Of a stretch of 57,314 nucleotides of DNA, positions 32,101-39,834 are shown piece by piece (the first letter of the stretch is position 1; the number at the start of each line of letters is the position of its first letter). The notes below the pieces were generated by a model. The model saw nothing but the letters and a program-made list of their open reading frames with translations. It did not search any database and was not told where the DNA came from. The stretch comes from Dehalococcoidia bacterium (lineage in GTDB: Bacteria > Chloroflexota > Dehalococcoidia > Lucifugimonadales > Lucifugimonadaceae), in the NCBI GenBank assembly GCA_012270805.1, contig JAAXHR010000342.1:1-57314 (forward strand), written 5' to 3'. Position numbers and translations under genes: made by a program.

Positions 32101-32481
32101 ATGGACACAGTAACAGTTAGGAAAGATGAACTACTAAAAGCATTACGGGAGAACCGTGATTCACACAGGGACGCCTTTCTTCTGGCACAAGAGGGATGGC
32201 GTGAAACGATCATCGAAGAACTCGACCGTCGTCTAGCCGATGCACGTGCCGCAAAGAAGGTACACGCCACATTCCACATGCCCGAACCCCAAGACCATAC
32301 GACCGACTACGACCGGATCATCCGTATGGTCGAGATGAACATATCCGATGAAATAGAACTCGACGGGTATGAGTTCTCTCGGTTCGTGATGGACGATTGG
32401 GACTGGAAGGCCGAGTGGTCAGGATCGAATTTAGCCTACACACAGACTGCCACGGCCAGACGTGCCCGTAAAGCAAAGTAA
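32101..32481 (+). CDS. hypothetical protein
   Basis: 126-aa ORF with an AAAGGAA RBS. Confidence 0.6.
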   Translation: MDTVTVRKDELLKALRENRDSHRDAFLLAQEGWRETIIEELDRRLADARAAKKVHATFHMPEPQDHTTDYDRIIRMVEMNISDEIELDGYEFSRFVMDDWDWKAEWSGSNLAYTQTATARRARKAK

Positions 32482-32535
32482 ATTCACCGTAGCCCGTCAG
32501 CTAGAGGGGCAGAATCTAAGAAAGGGGGTAGCGAT

Positions 32536-32673
32536 ATGCAAGGATACTGTCTTCGGTGTAAGACACACCGCGAAATAGCTAATCCTGAAAAGGTCACGAT
32601 GGCGAACGGAAGACCCGCAACGACCGGCGTCTGTTCCATCTGTGGCGCGAAGATGTACCGTATAGGCCAGTAA
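32536..32673 (+). CDS. small zinc-ribbon protein (DUF5679-like), 45 aa
   Basis: MQGYCLRCKTHREIANPEKVTMANGRPATTGVCSICGAKMYRIG. AAAGGGGG RBS. Confidence 0.55.
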   Translation: MQGYCLRCKTHREIANPEKVTMANGRPATTGVCSICGAKMYRIGQ

Positions 32674-32711
32674 CTCTCGCCGATCCTCTAACACACAACG
32701 GAGGTCTACAT

Positions 32712-32924
32712 ATGCCTACAGCTTCTAACCTCAGCCTGAAGTCGTGTCCACGCTGTAGGGGCACGACTCACAAAACCCGCGACCACTACGGTGAATACGT
32801 CAACTGTCTTCGCTGTGGATGGTATGTAGACCTCCGTCACGACGAAGGTATTTCCATTGACGAACTCAAGGCGGCTTCCCCGCCGCATCCGAGAGCTACA
32901 AGCTACACTAGACGAACCGGTTGA
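32712..32924 (+). CDS. zinc-ribbon protein
   Basis: CPRCRG...CLRCGW. ACGGAGG RBS. Confidence 0.55.
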   Translation: MPTASNLSLKSCPRCRGTTHKTRDHYGEYVNCLRCGWYVDLRHDEGISIDELKAASPPHPRATSYTRRTG

Positions 32925-33096
32925 CAAGTACATAGTCGACCTATACAACAGCGGTAAGACGCTTGCTGAGGTCGGCGAAGTGCTAGGGATACCGAAAGGG
33001 ACCGTCTTCTATTGGTTCTCAATCCTGAACATAGAAGTCCGTCACGTTGCTGTCAGAGACGGTGAGCGCGTCGAAGTAGTGTCAGATATGGATTAG
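32857..33096 (+). CDS. HTH DNA-binding protein
   Basis: TLAEVGEVLGIPKGTVFYWF. TTG start 8 nt after GAAGG. Overlaps the upstream ORF by 68 nt. Confidence 0.5.
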   Translation: MTNSRRLPRRIRELQATLDEPVDKYIVDLYNSGKTLAEVGEVLGIPKGTVFYWFSILNIEVRHVAVRDGERVEVVSDMD

Positions 33097-33154
33097 TACC
33101 AGTACCCCACTGGACAAGGCGGATAACCCCGTTCCAATGCGTTAGAAAGGAAAT

Positions 33155-33466
33155 GTGATGGTGGTTAACTCTCGATCATCCTGGGAAGAATGGAAAGCCG
33201 AAGAACAGCGTCGTGAAGAATCCCTTCCCGTCTGTGGTTGCTGTAAGAAACGTATCTACCCCAAGGACGCCGACAAATCATTTCCGAAGATTGCCGTCGT
33301 TTGCAGTCAAGACATACGTCATATTCAAACGCTCGACATGGGCGAGCATATGATGTCGCTCTGCAGTGTCTGTCTCGACGGATGTGGTCACTACGAAGAC
33401 GGTAGTCTTTCGTATTACGACCACGACACCGATGAATTCATAGTCACGGCGAAGTGTAAGAGATAG
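33155..33466 (+). CDS. hypothetical Cys-rich protein
   Basis: 103-aa ORF after GCGTTAGAAAGGAAAT. Confidence 0.6.
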   Translation: MMVVNSRSSWEEWKAEEQRREESLPVCGCCKKRIYPKDADKSFPKIAVVCSQDIRHIQTLDMGEHMMSLCSVCLDGCGHYEDGSLSYYDHDTDEFIVTAKCKR

Positions 33467-33477
33467 AAAGGTTCGAT

Positions 33478-33762
33478 ATGAAAGTAATACTGCAGGGAAC
33501 CGAAGACTCAGAACACATCTACGCTAAGTTTGCACTAGCACCGGACAAGACCGGCGTTGTCGAGTTCATATCCCACGAAGAAATATCTATCGACAACGCC
33601 GTTCAAAAGGGCAAGTGGACCGAGCGACACCTATTTCAGATAACACTCGGCGACCTGACCCGCCTCAACGGTCGGTTTCGTAGAGCGTATATGAATGTCG
33701 GCAAGACGCCCGTAGAGCCGAGTAAATTGTCTTCCGATACCCGTACTGCTACTGAAGGCTAG
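33478..33762 (+). CDS. hypothetical protein
   Basis: 94-aa ORF. Confidence 0.6.
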   Translation: MKVILQGTEDSEHIYAKFALAPDKTGVVEFISHEEISIDNAVQKGKWTERHLFQITLGDLTRLNGRFRRAYMNVGKTPVEPSKLSSDTRTATEG

Positions 33763-33768
33763 AACGCC

Positions 33769-33804
33769 GCTCTACGGGGCGCACAGACGCCTTAGAATCG
33801 AAAA
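33769..33804 (+). promoter_or_regulatory. conserved 36-nt intergenic box (copy 1)
   Basis: GCTCTACGGGGCGCACAGACGCCTTAGAATCGAAAA is 32/36 identical to the minus-strand read of 42771-42806. A related copy lies at 22133-22160. Confidence 0.5.
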
Positions 33805-33825
33805 CACACAACGGAGGTACATCGA

Positions 33826-34668
33826 ATGTCGCAACTAGAGAAAGTACAGATCGCAGCGTTCCTAGCTTTTCTCGGACTCGCCCTGTTCATGACAGCGGCT
33901 AACCTAGCATCGGCAGACGGACCTGTTACGGTGGCAGAATGGTACTACGATGAAAATGGAGTCCGCATCGACTACAAGGGCACCTATGTGCCCGAAGTCG
34001 TGATGCCTGTGGAATTGAGGGACATCGAACGGAATGGAGTGATAAGCCATTGCCAGGGTGGGTGTACCAGAGAGAATGGATTCTTTCACCTGGGGCAGAT
34101 ACCGGAGGGTCTCATTATCACTGCCATCAATGATGATCTGCCGCCGCCACGACTGAGTCTTGACCTATTTCCTAGCCTACCTGAGACTGAAGATGTGAGA
34201 CTGCCTGACGGAAGCACGTTGCCTGAAGACAGGAACGTCTGGTGGGTCGAGGATGCAGACAATGGCAGAGTCCTAACGTGGTCTGACAACTTCAGCGGTG
34301 CTACAGAGGCAATTAAGAGACTGGACATGAAGCTGTTTGATGTTGCTATCGGGTCGGCAAAACAGCTTGTTGAAGCCATTGCTAGGTGGGGTATTAAAGC
34401 ACTGGCAATACTTGGCCCGATAGATGATGTTTTAGCTATTCATACAGCTATTACAACCCAGGCAGGCAAACAGGAAATCACAGACCTGAACGATGCACTT
34501 GAAGCTATTCCAACACCTTTACCCCCACCCCCCGATATCATTCCTGTCTTCCCAGGCCCGATTTTAGACCCGCTACCGTTCGACTTTGTTGACCCGCCTG
34601 ATATTCAACTGGAAATCCCTGACTTCAACTTCGATTTTAACCCGATGCCTTCATTTTCGTTTGCATAG
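33826..34668 (+). CDS. secreted/membrane-anchored protein with Pro-rich C-terminus
   Basis: N-terminal hydrophobic segment IAAFLAFLGLALFMTAANLASA. AT-richer composition. Confidence 0.6.
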   Translation: MSQLEKVQIAAFLAFLGLALFMTAANLASADGPVTVAEWYYDENGVRIDYKGTYVPEVVMPVELRDIERNGVISHCQGGCTRENGFFHLGQIPEGLIITAINDDLPPPRLSLDLFPSLPETEDVRLPDGSTLPEDRNVWWVEDADNGRVLTWSDNFSGATEAIKRLDMKLFDVAIGSAKQLVEAIARWGIKALAILGPIDDVLAIHTAITTQAGKQEITDLNDALEAIPTPLPPPPDIIPVFPGPILDPLPFDFVDPPDIQLEIPDFNFDFNPMPSFSFA

Positions 34669-34680
34669 AAAGGACAAGTC

Positions 34681-34869
34681 ATGAACGGAACAGAAGTCCG
34701 GTTCCCAACGTGTAACGCCTACATGCCTTACAAAGACCGAGACGACGGCGGTCAATGTAGGAATTGCGACGGGCCGGTAACGTCACACATCAATCACATC
34801 GCGCCCCAGGCGTACCGTCCTAAGCGCCGTTGGGACAGGGTGAAGTGGGAGTACGTTAACGAAGACTGA
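34681..34869 (+). CDS. hypothetical protein
   Basis: 62-aa ORF with CNAY...CRNC. Confidence 0.5.
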   Translation: MNGTEVRFPTCNAYMPYKDRDDGGQCRNCDGPVTSHINHIAPQAYRPKRRWDRVKWEYVNED

Positions 34870-34885
34870 ACAGAAAGGAACAACA

Positions 34886-36307
34886 ATGAGACTGCCTCTA
34901 ATCCTCCGCACCGACGCTTACAAGAATTCACACCCGTGGATGTACCCGCCGAACACCGTGAACATGCATAGCTATTTCGAGTCACGTGGAGGTCTGTACA
35001 ACGAATACGTTATGTTCGGCATGTCCTACCTGATCGGCGAGTACCTTTCGCGGCGTATTTCAATGGGCGATATTGAGAAGTCGAGGGACTTCGTTACACG
35101 CATGGGTCTGCCGTTCCCCTATGACGGATGGTATCGGATAGCTCACGATCTCGACGGTCGTCTTCCAATCCACATCCGCGCGGTTCCCGAAGGTACTATC
35201 GTTCCAGCCGGTAACGTAATGTTCACCGTCGAGAGTACCGACCCTAAGACATGGTGGGTCGCAGGATGGGTCGAAACGATGATGGTTAGGTTGTGGTATC
35301 CGATCACCGTTGCAACCCGTTCATGGAACATCCGACAACAGCTTTACAGCTATCTTGAGAAGACATCCGACAACCCCGACGATCATATTGACTTCATGCT
35401 TCACGACTTCGGAGCGCGTGGAGTCAGTAGCGCCGAGTCTGCCGCCCTTGGCGGTGCCGCTCATCTACTGTCTTTCAACGGGACCGACACCCAGGAAGGC
35501 GCGTTCCTGTTGAACACTCACTACGGCGGGATGGGCTACTCAATCCCTGCCGCCGAACACGCCGTCATTACGGCATGGGGAAAAGATAGCGAAGTAGAAG
35601 CGTACAGAAACATCCTGAAGGCGTTCGCCGCGAAGGGAAAGACAGTCGCCGTCGTGTCGGACTCATACGACATATACAATGCCGTCGAAAAGCTGTGGGG
35701 TGAAGACCTTCGTCAACACGTCATTGACTCCGGCGCGGTCGTAGTTATCCGCCCTGACTCCGGCTATCCACCTGATGTCGTAGAACTTATCAGTCATACC
35801 CTCTCATCGGCTTTCGGTCACACTGTTACTGATAAAGGGTTCAAGGTTCTGCGACACGTCAAGATAATCCAAGGCGACGGAATAACGGAAGATACTCTTG
35901 AAACTATCCTCGACCGTGTAACGAGAGCAGGTTTCTCAACCGAAAACTATGCCTTCGGCATGGGCGGCGGTCTTCTTCAAGACCTGACACGGGATACCGG
36001 TGACTTCGCCTACAAGTGTTCGTCGGTCGGAATCGCTAACGACATGGGACAGCTTATCGAACAGCGTCCTGTGTACAAAGACCCTGTGGATGGGACTAAG
36101 ACTTCAAAACGTGGGCGTCAAGACCTCGTAAGACTCTACGACGGAACACTGACAACGAAGGCGTTAGAGTGGAGGAATACACCCTACGAGAACACCGCCC
36201 TTCAAACCGTCTTCTACAACGGGACGGCTGAGAACGGATGGGACTCGGTTGACGTGATGCGGCGACGGATGCATTCTTATAAACGGAGTGAAACTGTCAA
36301 CGCATAG
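34886..36307 (+). CDS. nadV: nicotinamide phosphoribosyltransferase
   Basis: LILRTDAYKNSHPWMYPP N-terminus plus overall length and pattern of the NAMPT family. Confidence 0.85.
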   Translation: MRLPLILRTDAYKNSHPWMYPPNTVNMHSYFESRGGLYNEYVMFGMSYLIGEYLSRRISMGDIEKSRDFVTRMGLPFPYDGWYRIAHDLDGRLPIHIRAVPEGTIVPAGNVMFTVESTDPKTWWVAGWVETMMVRLWYPITVATRSWNIRQQLYSYLEKTSDNPDDHIDFMLHDFGARGVSSAESAALGGAAHLLSFNGTDTQEGAFLLNTHYGGMGYSIPAAEHAVITAWGKDSEVEAYRNILKAFAAKGKTVAVVSDSYDIYNAVEKLWGEDLRQHVIDSGAVVVIRPDSGYPPDVVELISHTLSSAFGHTVTDKGFKVLRHVKIIQGDGITEDTLETILDRVTRAGFSTENYAFGMGGGLLQDLTRDTGDFAYKCSSVGIANDMGQLIEQRPVYKDPVDGTKTSKRGRQDLVRLYDGTLTTKALEWRNTPYENTALQTVFYNGTAENGWDSVDVMRRRMHSYKRSETVNA

Positions 36308-36312
36308 AGACA

Positions 36313-36351
36313 GACGGCACGACTACCGTTCTTTGCAGTAGTCGTGCCGTC
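36313..36351. terminator. bidirectional hairpin between convergent blocks
   Basis: GACGGCACGACTAC-N11-GTAGTCGTGCCGTC (14 bp perfect). Confidence 0.65.
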
Positions 36352-36352
36352 A

Positions 36353-36820
36353 CTATTCAACTACTCTGAAACTCTCCGTCGTCCACCAGAGTGTTTGTCG
36401 TTCTTCACCGCGATAAGTAGAATTCTCGCCTTCATGTACCCAAACCCCAGGTGTAACCCCTTCAGGTAGCTTATTCTCGAATGTTCGAGGATCGTAACAC
36501 CCAGGCTGAAGTTGACCACCAGACCGAGGCGGATCAGGTATCTGTAGCTGTCCACCATTATCAATTCGTCGCCATTTCGAGTTACCCGTCACGCTGATCG
36601 GATGGTCGAGCTTATTGCATTTCACAACGCCGACTGTCGTGATTGAACCATCTATTTTGACTTCATCCTCTAAAACGACTTGGGGTTCATCAAACCCCGA
36701 CCCGTACATCGGCGCGTATACATCATTCGGCCACCACAGAACCGCCTGCATTGCTAGCGTCACACCGACTAATGCACTTATCCAAGCTAGAGGGAAGAAA
36801 TATCGTTTATGCTGTCTCAT
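36353..36820 (-). CDS. membrane-anchored hypothetical protein
   Basis: N-terminal TM segment FFPLAWISALVGVTLAMQAVLWW. Confidence 0.6.
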   Translation of the reverse strand: MRQHKRYFFPLAWISALVGVTLAMQAVLWWPNDVYAPMYGSGFDEPQVVLEDEVKIDGSITTVGVVKCNKLDHPISVTGNSKWRRIDNGGQLQIPDPPRSGGQLQPGCYDPRTFENKLPEGVTPGVWVHEGENSTYRGEERQTLWWTTESFRVVE

Positions 36821-37041
36821 GGTGTCGGCGGTTGCCTCACTACCAGATACAGAAGACCACCGAGGACTGACACCATCGTGACCGCTACCATGCCATACAC
36901 GATCATCCTGATCGGATTGAACTCGGCGTGTGTAACGTAGTCCCTCTTTAGTTCATCCTGAATCTGCGAGATATTCCGCTCCATTGCCTGTGTCCGTTCG
37001 TCAATACGGGCAAGCAAGTTTTCGTTATCACTTGTGACCAT
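36817..37041 (-). CDS. small protein with coiled N-terminus and C-terminal TM segment (holin/spanin-like position)
   Basis: IVYGMVAVTMVSVLGGLLYLVV. Confidence 0.5.
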   Translation of the reverse strand: MVTSDNENLLARIDERTQAMERNISQIQDELKRDYVTHAEFNPIRMIVYGMVAVTMVSVLGGLLYLVVRQPPTP

Positions 37042-37220
37042 TAGGATTCACGTTGTCGCTGGTACGTCTTGATTACGACCCACGCCTGACGCATTAGATC
37101 GTCACGTTCGTCAGCCGTCAGCTTAGAGTCGTCAAATGCATCACCAGCTTTCACAAGAAAGCGAAACGTCTCACGTAGTACGTCGGGTCGCAGGATCAGC
37201 TTCAGGTGCTTTAGTTCCAT
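37041..37220 (-). CDS. small hypothetical protein, 59 aa
   Basis: MELKHLKLILRPDVLRETFRF.... TAATG coupling. Confidence 0.45.
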   Translation of the reverse strand: MELKHLKLILRPDVLRETFRFLVKAGDAFDDSKLTADERDDLMRQAWVVIKTYQRQRES

Positions 37221-37229
37221 GACTTCCCT

Positions 37230-38363
37230 CTACGTTATCCCGTGTTCGATCATTGTGTCTACGATAGACCCGCTTGACCTGTCGGGTCGGATGCGTAGCT
37301 GACCGTTCACATGATTACAAGTTGTTTCTTCAATGAAGAACGTTCGGTAGGCGTCCAGAGTAACCGTTCCGAGGTCGCCGGTCTTCGGTGTGAAGTCCAT
37401 TATCCGAAGAACATCACCGGCCCTCACTCGGCAAAGTGGAAACTCGACGCCGTTCGTGTCCCATATCCTCGACAACGTGATTCCGTCTGTTTCCTGTTGA
37501 GGGTCTTTCCGTTTCGTTAGCTCGGTATCTCTGCGCTGTTCAGCCGGTCCCGAAGTAGACGTGCCAATGTTCGGGACATAGTAGTCGCGCTGAATGTACT
37601 TCGCTATCGACGCCGCGTTCTCTGTGGTCCCTGTGTGTGTCCCTGTTCCGCCTGACTCATAGGCTACAGCTACGCTGTTCCCTACCGTCCGCCAGCTAAT
37701 ACGTGGACGAAGTGCGTCTACGCCGCCACCAGGACGTATAAAAGCCTGCCACGTAACCGCAGACGGATTTCGCTCGGTGTAGTAAACTTCTCTGTCTTCC
37801 CATACAGCGAGGTCAATCGGGTTATCGTTCGTTGATCCAAACGACGTTACCCCACGTCGCGGGTCTGTAAGAATCCTCCACATCGTCCAGTCGTCTTGAT
37901 AGTCCTGATCGACGGTTGGCCCTGTCGCTAGGTTAGCCGTGGACGTAGACAACTGGCGAGTGTCCGAATCCATCTGTGTGACTACAAGGTCGCTGATTAT
38001 CACGTTGCCTGCCGTCGCGTAGTTAGAGTTCCGGACGTTGTCGGTAAGATTCGACCAGTATCCGAAGAACTTCAGGGCAACAAAAAACTGATCGCGGAGT
38101 TCAACGTCTTCAAGACGACCTTCCCATATCACCTTACCGCCACCTTCTTCGATCCTCAGCCGTGCTAGCAACCGTTCAGTACGCCATTGCCAGTATTCTT
38201 CTTCAGTCGAAGGTATCACCACCTGAGCGGTGAAGAATCCCCCAGGTAGCCGTGTCGTATGTTGATACTCGCTGAAGTCCTCGACCTTGAAGTACGCAAG
38301 CTGGACCGTCGATGTAACATCAGCTTCGAACAACTTTGCGTGTTGGAGAACGAATCTAGGCAT
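37230..38363 (-). CDS. minor tail / baseplate-type structural protein
   Basis: Second ORF after the tape measure. Confidence 0.55.
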   Translation of the reverse strand: MPRFVLQHAKLFEADVTSTVQLAYFKVEDFSEYQHTTRLPGGFFTAQVVIPSTEEEYWQWRTERLLARLRIEEGGGKVIWEGRLEDVELRDQFFVALKFFGYWSNLTDNVRNSNYATAGNVIISDLVVTQMDSDTRQLSTSTANLATGPTVDQDYQDDWTMWRILTDPRRGVTSFGSTNDNPIDLAVWEDREVYYTERNPSAVTWQAFIRPGGGVDALRPRISWRTVGNSVAVAYESGGTGTHTGTTENAASIAKYIQRDYYVPNIGTSTSGPAEQRRDTELTKRKDPQQETDGITLSRIWDTNGVEFPLCRVRAGDVLRIMDFTPKTGDLGTVTLDAYRTFFIEETTCNHVNGQLRIRPDRSSGSIVDTMIEHGIT

Positions 38364-39832
38364 TAGAGATCAGCTACCAGCGGCGTATAGTTTCCATTGA
38401 CGATGAATGTTACCGATGTCGGGTCTCCAGTATCATCACGAAGAACGTAGATACGGGTGTCTTCCGGTCCGATGTCGAACGGGCCACCTGTAGCCGTAGC
38501 GAATTGCTGAACGACCTCATCTGAATCGTTTATTAAATAGACACCTGGGGTGTCCGAAAGTCCATCAATCAGCACTTTATGTGTGTCGCCTACTGCATCA
38601 ACAGTAACTACTCCTTCGTCAATCGGCAGCAGAAAGAGATAGTCAATGAACCAATCAACTTTCTCGTTAAAGTTAACATTCGCTGCCGTATCGTCTTGAA
38701 CAAGGTATATCCGAAGATTAAGTGTCTCACCTGTGTAGCCATCTGGAACGTTGTGAGGGGGAAGGGCTAATTCTCCAAGATCAATCGTTTGATACTCGCC
38801 ATGCGCCGAGGGATACACTTCATCACCATCAACAGGTGTGTACGACTGTGCGCCGTAAGCCCATCCGAGTGCAAACCCTACATCGCCAACAGCATGAGCC
38901 GACACGTCGGAATCAATCCGCCCGCGTACAAGTACGCGAAACAGACCTTGGGGCAAGCTACCGGCAACTATGTTGTATTGCACATAGCCTGCATTTAGGT
39001 ATCCAGCAACAGTATTTCCTACTCCAGAATTGCCCGTCCATCGTGCCTGTGCAGTCTGCCCACCTGATGTATTGGAAGAATGCGCCGCATTCGCTCCATC
39101 TGTTGAAAATGTACCTCCAGTTCCATCAAAAGGATCAGTACCCTCAACAAACGAATCCTCGGCTTCTCCCTGAATGAACAGCGTGTCGGTCCGGCGCTCA
39201 CCTGAGCGCATGGCGACCCATATCTTTTTCGATCCGGTCCACGCTGACGCACCGCCTTCTTCGACTTCAAACTGGAGCTTAGCCCCGTGTGTCCCTGTGA
39301 TAGATGTAACGTCGATGTAGTTAGCGTTCGAGTCCTGTTCGTTTTCTAGCGTGTCCTGTGAGAGATTGACTGCGGCCAGCCTTCCGAACGGCTCTACTAG
39401 CAGCGTCAGAAGTGCGTTACGTATCCGGTTATTCGTGTCTACATCTACCGTGTCCAGAGACGACGGAGATAGATCGAGGGCACCAGATAATATCCTGAAT
39501 GAAATATCTGAAGCGTCGTTATCCCCTAGTTGTGTCTTCAGAACGACTATCGTCCCCTGGTCGAACTTCTGTCGGCGGATCGCCTTTGCAAGCATCGAGT
39601 GAAGATCGCGTATCTTCGTTTGAAGATCAGCAACGGATGATCCCTTAATCCACAAAGGGAAGCTAATCTCACGCGGCCCGTAGTGAACACCACGAAGCAT
39701 CGTACCGGCAAGGATAGAACGTGTCTCTGGCGCACCGAAGCGAATTGATCCACGCCGAGGCCCATAATTACCGCTAGCATCGGCGAAGTTGATCGTAGTG
39801 CTTCCGTCGAATAGTTCTAACGTCGGAGCCAT
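38363..39832 (-). CDS. distal tail protein-like structural protein
   Basis: First ORF after the tape measure. Confidence 0.55.
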   Translation of the reverse strand: MAPTLELFDGSTTINFADASGNYGPRRGSIRFGAPETRSILAGTMLRGVHYGPREISFPLWIKGSSVADLQTKIRDLHSMLAKAIRRQKFDQGTIVVLKTQLGDNDASDISFRILSGALDLSPSSLDTVDVDTNNRIRNALLTLLVEPFGRLAAVNLSQDTLENEQDSNANYIDVTSITGTHGAKLQFEVEEGGASAWTGSKKIWVAMRSGERRTDTLFIQGEAEDSFVEGTDPFDGTGGTFSTDGANAAHSSNTSGGQTAQARWTGNSGVGNTVAGYLNAGYVQYNIVAGSLPQGLFRVLVRGRIDSDVSAHAVGDVGFALGWAYGAQSYTPVDGDEVYPSAHGEYQTIDLGELALPPHNVPDGYTGETLNLRIYLVQDDTAANVNFNEKVDWFIDYLFLLPIDEGVVTVDAVGDTHKVLIDGLSDTPGVYLINDSDEVVQQFATATGGPFDIGPEDTRIYVLRDDTGDPTSVTFIVNGNYTPLVADL

Positions 39833-39834
39833 AT

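Noticed and set aside
32497-32694. Minus-strand 65-aa ORF.
   Set aside because: It is antisense to a better-supported 45-aa plus-strand zinc-ribbon ORF (32536..32673) that has an RBS and lies within the plus-strand gene block.
32712-33096. Programmed +1 frameshift fusing the zinc-ribbon ORF to the HTH ORF (68-nt overlap).
   Set aside because: The HTH ORF has its own plausible TTG start 8 nt after GAAGG, and no slippery or shifty motif is evident. Overlapping genes are the simpler reading.
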